Positions 45,801 to 53,818 of a stretch of DNA of 64,000 bases are shown here, piece after piece. The stretch is from a virus, in the IMG/VR virus record IMGVR_UViG_3300021057_000011, positions 35,726-99,725 of that record. One strand, 5' to 3'. The position numbers and the translations under genes were made by a program. Under the pieces are notes generated by a model. That model did not search any database. It was not told the origin of the DNA and was given only the letters and a program-made list of their open reading frames with translations. Position 1 is the first letter of the stretch. Every line of letters starts with the position of its first letter.

Positions 45801-48512
45801 GGTGAGGAAGACTTCCAGCTGGGCGTTGGCTTCGATAAAGACCCCGGAAATGGCCGCGCCGATCTGCGACAGGGCATAGGAAACTTCCCCGATCAGGAAC
45901 AGATCGCCCACAAAGGTCGAAAACAGCGAGGCCGGTTCCGAGGCCCCCATAAGGGCATGCAGGGGTCCGCGGCCTTCGGGTGATCGTCCACCCCCACCGC
46001 CTCCGCCCCTGGGTGTCTTGGGCCCGCCAGGGCCACCAGACGAGGGGACAGTACGCCGGCGACCCGGCACAGGCAACCCGTGGGCTTCGCGTGCGGCGAG
46101 ATTTTCCGCGGCAATGGCGGCATCGAGAATCTGCTTTTCTTCAATCCGCCGCTGCTGCAGTTCCGCCAGGCGGGATTCCAGCCGGGATTTGTGGATCGGA
46201 TCGGTGACTTTGTCCTGGACCTCTTTGACCGAGCGGATATCTCGTTCCGTCAGTGCCAGTTTGCGCGCGGCCGCATGGAATTTCGGGCTGTTGGCCGAGG
46301 CCGCCACCGCGGCCGCCATGCCTTCCTCAAAGCCTTCCTTGACCTGTTTGCGCAGGTCCTTTTTCAGGTGCGCGGTGTACTTCGAGACATCGATCTGGCT
46401 GAGCTCGAGCAGCGCGGATTGCTTGTCCCGGACTTTGGAGATATCCCCCTGACCAAAGCGGGCGAACAGGCGCTCGAGAGAGGAGCGATTTGTGTCACTC
46501 AAGGAGCCACTCGGGGCTCGGAGAAGACCGTTGACGACCGGTTCCAGGCCTGCCAGTTCCGGAAGTTGGCTGGCAACCCCTAACCGAACGGACAGAGCGG
46601 AAGGACTGCCTTTTCCTTGCAGCTTCGCTTGTGCTTGGGCAAGTGGTCCAGAAGCACTCGGTGATGTCGCCAGTCCTTGTTCGAGTTCATCCAGAAAATC
46701 GTCAGAAAGCTCATTGATTAAACCACCAATGTCGGAAACACCCTGGACTTCGCGTTTGGCGATACCGTAAAACGAATTCAGTTTGCCCCGCAGGGTTTCG
46801 CGATTGACTTCAATGCTCTCATCCGGTGCCTGTGTTTTGAGGAGGTTTCTGAATTCACGGTATTGACCCACAACTTCTGCGGCATGGGTTTTGGTGAGCT
46901 CATCGTCCGAAAAGCGCCCCATCAAGCCCGCAATTTGGGTTTTGTACCGCATCGAGGTGTCAGTGGTCGTATCTTCTTTAAGACCGTAGTACTTGAGGGT
47001 CGGAGCAGTGAGGGTTTGGAAGAGCTCAGACAGTGCAGCGACCCGTGATGTGACATGGGGAAAATTGGGATCGGCATCGGGTTCGATTTTTGCCCAGGGG
47101 CGTCCAAAGGAGCGCATCAATCCCAGGAACGCACTCTGATCTTCGGGGCTCAGGGTATTGTCCGGGCGCGCAACCAGCTGTTTGAGGAAGGCATCGACGC
47201 CCGTCAGCAATTCTGCAATATTTTTACGCGGCGGGCGATTGCCGCGCCCACCCCCAGGCCCTACAACCCCCCCAGACGCAAAATGGCCTCGCTTGAGCAA
47301 TTCCTGGACCTGTCCCTGGTTGAGGACCACCTCCCCGGGATGCAGAATTCCCAGCAGACCCGGACCCTGGGAGCGTTTTCCCGGTCCCAGAATCCGGTTG
47401 ATCCCACTGTGCGGGCCCAGGTTGCTGGCAAAGCCCCCGATTCCCCCTACCCCGCCACCGCTAGCGAAGCGGCCAAATCGTTTCTTGAAGTTCGGGTGCT
47501 CGATCGCCTGCTTGACGATGCGCAGGCCGCTGTAGTCATCCAGTGACGAGACGAGCTCCGGGGCCCGGTTCACCATTGCCTGGAGGGCGAAGCGGGACAG
47601 GGATTTCTGTAGCTCGGCGTTGCCGGTGAACGGTTCGTTGTTGGTCAGGATCAGGGGGTTGGACTTGTCCCGGAAGAACTGGTTCAGGGACTGGGCATTG
47701 CCGCTCGAGAGCACATGGTAGGCATCGCGGACGAGATCGACCTTGCGGGCCGGGTCGTCAGTGAGGTCCCGGTAGTATTCGTTCAGGGCCTTGTGGTATT
47801 CCTTCGACATCGCGACGAACTTGCCCTGGGCCTGCTTGGCGACCGCGGCATTGTAGCTCGGGGCATTGGCCTTGAAGTGTTCCGCGACGTTGTCGGCAAA
47901 GCGGTTGCGCAGCGCGCCGTAGTAGGCGACCCGGAAGCCCGGGTCGGACCCGACCTTGGTGCCCAGCTCCCGCAGCGAGGCCGGCATGGGGGTAAACTCC
48001 CCGGTGGGTTTGGGTGTAGGTTTGGGCGCCGGCCGAATGTCCGGACCATAGGTCTGCTGAACTTGGCGGCTAAGGGCTTGTTTTTCTTCAGAGCTCAGAC
48101 GCTGGATCGCTGCATCCCGCTTTTGGGTGTAGAGTGGCGATGGGGTCTCGCGCGAAGGCAGAGGCGTGCTGGTGCGAGGCCGGCCAATGTTGGGAGCTCC
48201 GGAGTCCGGGATAATGTTGAAATCCCGTCGCAGGTTCGTTTTTTTGGCTCGACGAGCAAGTTCAGCCTGAATGCGTTGCTCTTCTGCTTCTTTGCGAAGT
48301 GCATGCTGACGTAAGAGTTCCTCTTTTTCAACACGCCGCATATCACGGCCTGTCCAGGCTGTGTAGTCTTTTCCGGTCAGGCGCTGAAACTCTGCCCGCA
48401 AATCTCGGTGGATTTTGTGGGCCGGGTCGTCCGGGATATTACGTGCAAACTCCAAATTGTACTCAAGCGCTTTGAGCTCGGTCCACAGATAGTCGATACG
48501 GGCGATGTCCAT
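39900..48512 (-). CDS. Tape measure protein (2870 aa)
   Basis: Follows the chaperone pair; tape-measure domain EANAQLEVFLTTL...AAAFG...RLRQYGI near aa 890; long Ala/Gly-rich helical body. Confidence 0.92.
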   Translation of the reverse strand: MDIARIDYLWTELKALEYNLEFARNIPDDPAHKIHRDLRAEFQRLTGKDYTAWTGRDMRRVEKEELLRQHALRKEAEEQRIQAELARRAKKTNLRRDFNIIPDSGAPNIGRPRTSTPLPSRETPSPLYTQKRDAAIQRLSSEEKQALSRQVQQTYGPDIRPAPKPTPKPTGEFTPMPASLRELGTKVGSDPGFRVAYYGALRNRFADNVAEHFKANAPSYNAAVAKQAQGKFVAMSKEYHKALNEYYRDLTDDPARKVDLVRDAYHVLSSGNAQSLNQFFRDKSNPLILTNNEPFTGNAELQKSLSRFALQAMVNRAPELVSSLDDYSGLRIVKQAIEHPNFKKRFGRFASGGGVGGIGGFASNLGPHSGINRILGPGKRSQGPGLLGILHPGEVVLNQGQVQELLKRGHFASGGVVGPGGGRGNRPPRKNIAELLTGVDAFLKQLVARPDNTLSPEDQSAFLGLMRSFGRPWAKIEPDADPNFPHVTSRVAALSELFQTLTAPTLKYYGLKEDTTTDTSMRYKTQIAGLMGRFSDDELTKTHAAEVVGQYREFRNLLKTQAPDESIEVNRETLRGKLNSFYGIAKREVQGVSDIGGLINELSDDFLDELEQGLATSPSASGPLAQAQAKLQGKGSPSALSVRLGVASQLPELAGLEPVVNGLLRAPSGSLSDTNRSSLERLFARFGQGDISKVRDKQSALLELSQIDVSKYTAHLKKDLRKQVKEGFEEGMAAAVAASANSPKFHAAARKLALTERDIRSVKEVQDKVTDPIHKSRLESRLAELQQRRIEEKQILDAAIAAENLAAREAHGLPVPGRRRTVPSSGGPGGPKTPRGGGGGGGRSPEGRGPLHALMGASEPASLFSTFVGDLFLIGEVSYALSQIGAAISGVFIEANAQLEVFLTTLSSTLGTAEKAKKVFEGFAQPFALEVPFFESKDLISTINKLAAEGFTQQSLTGNLDITKGPKYQGSVVKSIVDLAAAFGTTPDQATDAFIAATQNRFVRLRQYGISREDLKTFGFSGSAQDSEGAVSALQKVIQLRFAGTVERLGKTFKGASSNVQDFLQTIIRLSTESSFQEVTNFLVQAAEGANTLAGAFGEADQSASAASKAFASYLKEDVGGLFGGLTKRALEFLQFMVKFKAQIAAVFAIGIAPFVLKRAGDFATGLVGNVARIGIDSAIGKKAKRALLGDVENFGGVLDNFTAKGAVEKGFSLERSLAARLISAKAAAGIPKGLSALHALPFENRNIAKGLAGGETFKAASSLRAGLNIGEAILKNFGPGLDKLQDGIGIVRQLSAEVVAFGSVAAGVFKFSLVNSVFEGIGAFDDLRKGIQTTGRVLRLKELGENLRETEQLTLGILNNIGKAFGQTFGESAQEGPFLGLTNAFVSVGNTGFSVLEKLTSGFAVFATAIFKPLSALNELRKGLDAFLKGGGLPDGTGTALSIGGLALGIPALFANPKVASTVFSKGGALGLVSLLAALSADSAGKDQYLTDEADSYSRTSAENVARLFAGNRLFTDRTGNAAIDSARFAGEGLQKIGGLGLRAASIAGGAFVGAKGLQLIDALKTQTPTTVQRVGRAVAGADSLRGLGLYDDLLTAPKPRVPFSARVQQANQLIRNPRAALRGLGGFLQAGGEAAFAGLSKLRGAGPLALAAGVAEDVIASTGELVGEPQISNPYLQQFAQLTRKSPIIPIGTLSNVAGVGGAIAGSAIPGLGPIGGFGGLILAEVTSRKVLGDLDKTLFPNVDERRLRRLTGNVSPQLFEQIKKITGESDLGDLVAGAKTPAELRKTIPVFEKLLEKTRAEEARAKAAAERSLAPEIQTAQFLTRRGVKKATEQLGEDLAEVPTFIGPDAEKGRAADRASDVDQYYFAVERLKKEEQERINALQKNQAIEKGYYEAATAQAKRLEAVLKDLKLISDALAPEEALVAKLKAQTETAKKGHERVTVIEEEAARDKQISDNIDTQILLTASRGDRQGAELLREKKKEDRRARGPIVLGRVERLLSEQNTFQTILIENQDTQAKLKKQLQDTNKKGEIKALGDLQSRFKIENPETLKEFQTIISRAITSDSEEGREAGFKDLDRLLKALRPEDNVKGASGATTISKFINTLRQAAGESNQLRKNLEALGVVINDVGEKSKNAGIQISNLTQQQIDDAQKQLEEIQTDLAQKRITPLDAASEIRKINANVFSNPLLADSPEAKEAKLRQEQADIAAEQALRGRTELAREMTAVLSDTLTAIDAVTRSLQQLDSLDSGRAFEGTIQQVRALSRLVDAALPGTDQYTQLVNEFNQAVGQALGSYDKLLQLRQKDIDLLRQVANLQEQNAVQIRTQIAIEQVPLIRSTSAVPTSRAELRAADRDLTRVSIIQEQGDAELRRLQFEQQQQGILDRIADRNETARRKAGLRSTLAREYQIGDLVAVNPDEQAEIERQNAEDLAEGLSNAQRQYQFLLNDEVNSRRKINELAKQAVELKKEERELAKAIADRDEFRIKSRNNLFRAIYRAQTGADNLPEPVNKAIQIGELFETTRKINTLFASGAKRDDILKEVTDFGNALGDIKAGGISEKEKPFVKEHAKSFASFIRRLQKTAPDTELEDQQAKIQTRRGIVDDLVKAEIENLRTLAPDKERAHLSFEQFRKSLDSGTLARIQADADAKADLLRPDLKNAGLKPETLFLKGADLFTKAVEKFAAAVGFKDTQKITEIVGKQRELYSDPRNTTLGAAALRGTQSSGIPRRSAASKRVVSDDLDYSMATVNHQPAMELAATNRRTKEHDKATQRQVQSASDNQVKSDVRTQVQLMQQMFKVLSMMAGKPSTPTKNYEAHLEKGLQSLDTLVTLLSNPNATEDQIQQAVDKPPTRTVPSPGFSSEKSNR

Positions 48513-48902
48513 TTAGCCCCCTTTCAGCATCCGCACGAGATCCATCGGCGAGACCGCGTTCTGCTGCTTGGCATCGAAGGGCGTGAGGTTGGCCAGCAAG
48601 GGCTTGATGTCGTCGGCATGGTAGGCCGCGCGGGTGAAGAGCATGAGATCAGCATCGCGTCTGCGCACATGTTTCCAGGTTTCCTCGAAGATCAGCAGGA
48701 TTTGCCTGGGAGACAGGTTGTCCGCGATTTCATCGGCCCGACCATGCCCGTGCATGGCCAGAAACGCGATTATATGTTCCCAGGTAAGGGCAGGTCCGTC
48801 GCCGGCGGGTTGGGCAGCGGGCTTTCGGGCGGGCTTTGCGGAGCGGCCGCGAGCGGGAAGAACCTGCCGACCTGATCCATCACCCGCGGCCCGGTAAAAT
48901 TT
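48513..48902 (-). CDS. -1 frameshift extension of the tail assembly chaperone (gpGT-like)
   Basis: The -1 frame overlaps the end of the chaperone ORF and ends adjacent to the TMP start. Confidence 0.75.
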   Translation of the reverse strand, partial: KFYRAAGDGSGRQVLPARGRSAKPARKPAAQPAGDGPALTWEHIIAFLAMHGHGRADEIADNLSPRQILLIFEETWKHVRRRDADLMLFTRAAYHADDIKPLLANLTPFDAKQQNAVSPMDLVRMLKGG

Positions 48903-49279
48903 TGGCGCCAGATCACATCCAGGGCACAGATGGCGAGCGCGTGGTCCATGTGGTCGAGCCAGTCCGCCCCTCGGTCCACGCTTTTGCACAAAATCTCACA
49001 CAACGGGTCGATGAACTGCAGGTAGAACTTTTCCAGGTGCAGAACGAAGAAGACGTTCATGTCCGAAATCTTGCGGCCGTCCTCGGTGTAGTGGATCTCG
49101 TCCCCGTTGATGGTCTTGATGTCTTCGTACATCTTGCCCACCAAGGGCCCTAAGACCTTGGTCTTCGTCAGGCTCCAGGGCTTGATTTTCACCACGTTGC
49201 CGGCGAGGTCGTTGAAGCTGAATTCACGAAAGACAGCGTCGTACTTCGTTTCGTCGATGCCTTGGATCGGTTCGGTCAT
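48770..49279 (-). CDS. Tail assembly chaperone (gpG-like)
   Basis: Between tail tube and TMP, with the frameshift signal. Confidence 0.8.
   Translation of the reverse strand: MTEPIQGIDETKYDAVFREFSFNDLAGNVVKIKPWSLTKTKVLGPLVGKMYEDIKTINGDEIHYTEDGRKISDMNVFFVLHLEKFYLQFIDPLCEILCKSVDRGADWLDHMDHALAICALDVIWRQNFTGPRVMDQVGRFFPLAAAPQSPPESPLPNPPATDLPLPGNI
48896..48902 (-). other. Slippery heptamer A AAT TTT
   Basis: In-frame X XXY YYZ (codons CAA AAT TTT, residues Q-N-F); shifting gives ...YRAAGDGSG.... Confidence 0.7.
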
Positions 49280-49305
49280 ACACAGGTCTCCAATGGGTTG
49301 ATCTG

Positions 49306-49335
49306 AAAAAATCCCAGCCCCGCACTGGGGCTGGG
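49306..49335 (-). terminator. Terminator after the tail tube gene
   Basis: CCCAGCCCC/GGGGCTGGG stem plus ATTTTTT. Confidence 0.7.
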
Positions 49336-49357
49336 GGTCATCCTATGCTAGAAGCTC

Positions 49358-50593
49358 TTAGGCCGGATTCAGGACCATGTAGCCGAGGGGGTAGACCACA
49401 TCGGCCAGGGTCAGCGGAGCGTCCGGGGCCTCGGAAATCTCGACCACGGTGTTGAAGGGCAGGAAGCCCGAGGCCACGTCGACAACGTTGCCGTCAAACA
49501 GCAGCGCGACGTTCTCGGCGGTGACTTCCTCGATCGTGGTCGTCAGCGTCATCTGCTTGCGGACCAGAATCTTCTTGTCCAGGGTCTGCGGGATGCCGGC
49601 GAGATGCTCAAGGTACTGCTGCGGGCTCTGCATGCCACCCAGGCGGACGTTGCCAACGTCGTAGCGTGTCACCGGCAGGCCACGGCTGAGGGCCAGGGCG
49701 GTGTTGTTCGGCGTCAGGTAGAGCTTGTAAACCCCGGCCGTCAGGGTGTCCTGACGGACCGTAACCGGGGCCAGGGTGATCGGGTCGTTGTCGATCCGGA
49801 TGTAGCAGAGCGGGTTTTCCGCGTGCGCGGGATTGCTCGAGAACAGGACGTCCAGGCGCAGCTCGGAGCCGACCCAGTCGGTGGGCTGGAACTGGAAGTC
49901 GACGGTCTCGGGCGTGGCCGTGCAGCGGTGGAAGCGGGCCTTGAACCAGCGATCATCCGGCATCTGGTGCTCGAGCTCGGCGGTCCACTCCATGGTCGCC
50001 TGCTTTTTGCCCAGGTTGATCTGCTTGGCCGAATCGGACTTGTAGGAGCCGAACACGGACACGGTCATGCCGGTGTTGACCTTGAAGTTGTTCGAGCCGG
50101 TGGCACCGGTGTTGACGAACATGATGTTGCCGGTGGCGAACTGGAGGTAGTAGTCGTCCAGAGTCGCGCCGGCACTGGTGTTGCGCAGCAGGGCGTTGGT
50201 GTTGATGTTCTCGATCGTGGAGCCGGCGGCGAAGGCGTAGTTCGTCGCCGGGGTCGCGGTGATGTCCACCGTGCCGGTGCCGGAATTGTAGGCCCAGGTG
50301 CCGGAGACTTCCGCCGGTGAGCCGGTGAAGCCGCTGTCGGTGCGGTCGACGGTCATGACCAGGGTCGTGCCGACGGTGCTCACCGCCGTGACCTGCATCA
50401 CTTCGGCGATGTAGGTGCCGGCATTGTCCGGATCCGGGGTGAGCAGGCGAATGAAATCGTTCACCCCGATGGCTTCGTTGGCGCCCGCGCCGGAATTGCC
50501 TTCGAGGTTGTTTTTGGAGGTCGCGGTGACGGTCGAGCTGGACGTGGAAATGGAATCGGCCAGGGTCGAGGCATACCTTGCTTTGGGGATCAT
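49358..50593 (-). CDS. Major tail tube protein, apparently circularly permuted
   Basis: Contains both canonical halves (KLYL..RYDVGN..LEH..EEVTAENVALLFDG and INLG..ELEH..TDW..LDVL) but in reversed order. Confidence 0.8.
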   Translation of the reverse strand: MIPKARYASTLADSISTSSSTVTATSKNNLEGNSGAGANEAIGVNDFIRLLTPDPDNAGTYIAEVMQVTAVSTVGTTLVMTVDRTDSGFTGSPAEVSGTWAYNSGTGTVDITATPATNYAFAAGSTIENINTNALLRNTSAGATLDDYYLQFATGNIMFVNTGATGSNNFKVNTGMTVSVFGSYKSDSAKQINLGKKQATMEWTAELEHQMPDDRWFKARFHRCTATPETVDFQFQPTDWVGSELRLDVLFSSNPAHAENPLCYIRIDNDPITLAPVTVRQDTLTAGVYKLYLTPNNTALALSRGLPVTRYDVGNVRLGGMQSPQQYLEHLAGIPQTLDKKILVRKQMTLTTTIEEVTAENVALLFDGNVVDVASGFLPFNTVVEISEAPDAPLTLADVVYPLGYMVLNPA

Positions 50594-50599
50594 CGGTTA

Positions 50600-51094
50600 C
50601 TACTCCTTGAATGCACAGAGGATGGAGTACTCGGTTTGAATCAGCCAGATTTGCTTGTCGGCGTCCCGGAACGGGGTAAGGGACACCAGCTGGATGGATC
50701 CAATCGCGAGCGTGTCGGGCTTGAGGGCTCGGGGGAACGTGCCGACACGGTGACCAGGGGGGACCAGTAGGGTGCGAATGCGGTTGGCGATAGCCTCAGA
50801 AAGACTATACGACTTTGCATAAGCGTGTACAAGCAAGCGGAGTTCCGCTTTGCCCTCAAAGGCTTGCGCCACGCGGCACAGGTAGGTGATCCGAGGGAGT
50901 AAATCACTGTCCCCGAAGGTCTGATCCTCCAGCGCGCAGAAGCGGTCCAAATTCGAGGCTGTCCCCACGCCGCTCAGGGGGGTGGTGTCATAGTATTTCG
51001 CCCCGACCACGGAGCGGAGCGACTCGGGGTCGCCGGCGTCGTTGTCCTCCCGGACCAGGGTGCGAAAGGCGGTCATGAGATCGGTGGTGGACAT
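50600..51094 (-). CDS. Tail terminator (gpU-like)
   Basis: Position; PRITY, LLVHAYAKSYSLSEAIANRIRTLL and IQTEYSI pattern. Confidence 0.65.
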   Translation of the reverse strand: MSTTDLMTAFRTLVREDNDAGDPESLRSVVGAKYYDTTPLSGVGTASNLDRFCALEDQTFGDSDLLPRITYLCRVAQAFEGKAELRLLVHAYAKSYSLSEAIANRIRTLLVPPGHRVGTFPRALKPDTLAIGSIQLVSLTPFRDADKQIWLIQTEYSILCAFKE

Positions 51095-52180
51095 CTATAA
51101 GCCTCCGGGGAGCTGAAGCTGGGCCTTGGCGAGCCAGGCCGGATCGAGAGCAAAGCCGTAGAGGTTGTTGCGGGGGGTTTTGCGCAAGGCCTGCAACTTG
51201 GTGAGCATGGGTTTGTCGAGGTACTTCAGCGTGGCCGCGTTTTTGGGCAAAATCTGCTCGAGCTGACGCACCAGCTGCAGCTGGGCATTGCTGGTGATCG
51301 TTTTGCGCAGCTGCAGGGGGTTGGCTTTGGCCTTGAGGTGGGCTTGAACGTCGGCTTTGAGCTCGGCCTCGATCTGGTCGGCGACCAGCTGCTTGAGCAG
51401 CACCGGCAAAGTCCATTTGCGCCCCTTGTAGGTGATCAGGGCCTCCGTGCGCAGGATTTTTTTTAATGAGGCAGCGTAGATGCGGGTGGCCTGGGCCCAG
51501 TTGCGCTTGATCGCGCCCTCGAAGGGGTGAAAGCCTACGGTGTAGGTTCGGCCGTCGAGGCCCTGGAAGGGCGTGACCAGCTTGCGGGTGAAGCGGTTAC
51601 CGTACTCGATGTCCGAGGCGATTCGGAAGCGGCGGGTTGGGATCCCCAGCTGGTGGAAGGGTTGCAGCGGCCAGCCGCGGAAGGCCAGCGTGTTGTTGCC
51701 GTCGCGTGGCGCGCGGTAGGGCTGCGGGATCGTGCTCTCGAGATCCACCGCGCCGGGACCGAGCTGCAGCTTGAAGCGCGACGGGACGGCCAGGGTGCTC
51801 GAAAGGGAGGTGGTGCTGCTGCGAAAGGCCGCGGTCACCGCTTCGTGGGGCCGGAACAGGCGAGGACCGGCCTTGGTGAGGTTGCCATCGGGACCGATCT
51901 GCAGGGCATTGCGCGCGCGCAGGCCCGAAGTCATGCCGCCGGAGGCCAGGGCCTGCCGCACACTTTTGGCCAGGGCCTCGGCCAGGTTTTTCTCGAGTTC
52001 GGTCACCAGCCGGCCTACCAGGTCCTCGATAAAGGCCGGCATTTTTTGGATCCCCGTCTCCCGGCGAATGACAGCAAGCTCGGCCTTGATCAGGTGGCGG
52101 GGGAAGCTGTAGACAAAACTGCTGGAGCCCCCGTCGGCGGATTGGGGGCTGTAAAAGCGATAGCCCTTCGGCTCGGCCAT
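51095..52180 (-). CDS. Oversized tail-completion/neck protein (HK97 gp10-like)
   Basis: Position; IEYG...HPF motif; very basic. Confidence 0.5.
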   Translation of the reverse strand: MAEPKGYRFYSPQSADGGSSSFVYSFPRHLIKAELAVIRRETGIQKMPAFIEDLVGRLVTELEKNLAEALAKSVRQALASGGMTSGLRARNALQIGPDGNLTKAGPRLFRPHEAVTAAFRSSTTSLSSTLAVPSRFKLQLGPGAVDLESTIPQPYRAPRDGNNTLAFRGWPLQPFHQLGIPTRRFRIASDIEYGNRFTRKLVTPFQGLDGRTYTVGFHPFEGAIKRNWAQATRIYAASLKKILRTEALITYKGRKWTLPVLLKQLVADQIEAELKADVQAHLKAKANPLQLRKTITSNAQLQLVRQLEQILPKNAATLKYLDKPMLTKLQALRKTPRNNLYGFALDPAWLAKAQLQLPGGL

Positions 52181-52181
52181 G

Positions 52182-52601
52182 TCAGCTCCGCACCCGCAGC
52201 GCGGTCACCCCGGCACAGCCGCGGGCGTAGGTCTGGTTCGGCGGGGCATCGGGCGGGATGCAGAGGACTTCCAGGTGCGTGCGCAAATTGTTGATCGCTT
52301 CGATTCGCCAGAGCTCGACCGGCTGGGTGTGCGTCCAAAGGTAATCGCCTTGGACCACCGGCCAGTCCGGCGGCAGAAAGTAGCGGGCTTCGAGACGGTA
52401 GGTCTGGCCCCGTTTTTCTTCCTTGACCGGCTCGTCCGGCTCGTACCAGCTGCCGCGGCCGTGGGCGATCTGGGTCATGACCGTACCGTCGACCTCACCC
52501 AGGGGACTGATCACCTGGACTTGCCGGTAGACCGTGATGCGGAAGGACTCTTCCAGATCCGTCAGGGTGTCGAGGAAATCGTCTTCCACGCCGGCGTACA
52601 T
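52182..52601 (-). CDS. Head-closure protein
   Basis: Position and size; beta-barrel pattern (VVQGDYLW...WRIEAI...HLEV). Confidence 0.65.
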   Translation of the reverse strand: MYAGVEDDFLDTLTDLEESFRITVYRQVQVISPLGEVDGTVMTQIAHGRGSWYEPDEPVKEEKRGQTYRLEARYFLPPDWPVVQGDYLWTHTQPVELWRIEAINNLRTHLEVLCIPPDAPPNQTYARGCAGVTALRVRS

Positions 52602-52602
52602 G

Positions 52603-53223
52603 TCAGACCACCTCGCCGGTGTCGGGATCCACCCCGTAGACCTTGCCGTGAGCCCGGCGGGTCATGGTCACTTCCTCCACCACGGCCCCGGCTCCGGCCC
52701 CGGAGCTCTGGCGCTCGGCCAAAATGCCGGCGTAGCCTTTGCGCTTGATCGTGATGTTGCCGCGGGTGGTCTCGGTGATCTGGTCGGTGAGCGCCAGCTG
52801 GGAGAGCAGCCGGTCGGTGACGGCCTCGGTGTCGACCACGCCCACCAGCAGGGCGAGAAACTCTGTGTCAGGGTCGAAGGGGGTTTTGAAGCGCAGGGTG
52901 GCCTTGGCGTAATCGACCTGCAGATCCTCTGTTGCCGCGACCAGCGGAGTGGTATCGCAGTCGAACTCCTCGAGCACGAGCTGGTTGGCCGTATCGACCA
53001 GGCCGTCGGCACTGCTGGCACGAAAGGCGCGCAGGGAATAGTCCCGAAACGGCAGGGTCCCGAGCTCGAACATGTCATCGGTCGTCGTCGGCAGCAAATC
53101 GGCATAGGAAAACTGCAGCGGGGTCGTGCTCGCGCGGATCGCGCTGCGCAGGATTTCGTCCTCGACCCGCTTGAGGCCGACGATGTCCCGCAGGTAGGTT
53201 TTGAGGTACTCGAAGGTTTGCAT
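52603..53223 (-). CDS. Head-tail adaptor
   Basis: YLRDIVG helical N-terminus; position after the capsid block. Confidence 0.6.
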   Translation of the reverse strand: MQTFEYLKTYLRDIVGLKRVEDEILRSAIRASTTPLQFSYADLLPTTTDDMFELGTLPFRDYSLRAFRASSADGLVDTANQLVLEEFDCDTTPLVAATEDLQVDYAKATLRFKTPFDPDTEFLALLVGVVDTEAVTDRLLSQLALTDQITETTRGNITIKRKGYAGILAERQSSGAGAGAVVEEVTMTRRAHGKVYGVDPDTGEVV

Positions 53224-53236
53224 GGCTCACTCCTTG

Positions 53237-53269
53237 AAAAAACGGCCCGGGGGGCAGAGTCCCGGGCCG
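53237..53269 (-). terminator. Terminator after the capsid block
   Basis: CGGCCCGGG/CCCGGGCCG stem plus T6. Confidence 0.7.
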
Positions 53270-53299
53270 AGCTGTGAAAAAAAGGGCTGAAAAGGAGAC

Positions 53300-53818
53300 T
53301 TACACCGTTTGCAGCGACTGCACCGCGCCCGAGCGGATCAGCCGGCGGGCAAAGGGCTTGCGCAGCGAGACGATCTCACCGGCGGAACGGAAGGCGTGTT
53401 TTTCGGTCCCGTCGGTGTAGCGGCCGGTGCGCTTGACCAGGACTTCCACTCGGGTTTCGTCCATCACGTCGTTGACGATCTGGCTCATGCGGAACTTTTG
53501 GTAGGCTTTGGGGTTGGACACGTACTGCAGCTGCTGGGAGAGCTCGGCATTCTGCTTGACCAAACCTTGCAGCAGCTTGACCAGACCAGGCTTGTCCTTG
53601 ATCTCTGCCTGAACGTCCGGATCGTTCAGCAGCGGATCGCCGAGGTCTTCGACGGGCTGGTCGACAAAGGCCATCGGGCCCTCGTCGACATGGTTCGGGA
53701 TGTGCAGCTTGGCGAGGTCGTCGGGGCCGTTGATGGTTTGCACCGGCAGGCCCTCGAAGGGCTTGAGGGATTTGTCCGGGAGGTTCGAGACGGGTTTCTT
53801 GAGGGAGTCTTTGGCCAT
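53300..53818 (-). CDS. Capsid-associated hypothetical protein
   Basis: Immediately after the MCP; small C-terminal domain VEVLV...GEIVSL...ARRLIRSGAV. Confidence 0.65.
   Translation of the reverse strand: MAKDSLKKPVSNLPDKSLKPFEGLPVQTINGPDDLAKLHIPNHVDEGPMAFVDQPVEDLGDPLLNDPDVQAEIKDKPGLVKLLQGLVKQNAELSQQLQYVSNPKAYQKFRMSQIVNDVMDETRVEVLVKRTGRYTDGTEKHAFRSAGEIVSLRKPFARRLIRSGAVQSLQTV

Noticed and set aside
17499-49349. CCTATGCT recurring in three intergenic or gene-end spots (17499, 39192, 49342)
   Set aside because: An 8-mer at this frequency is near chance in 64 kb, and it has no consistent position relative to starts.
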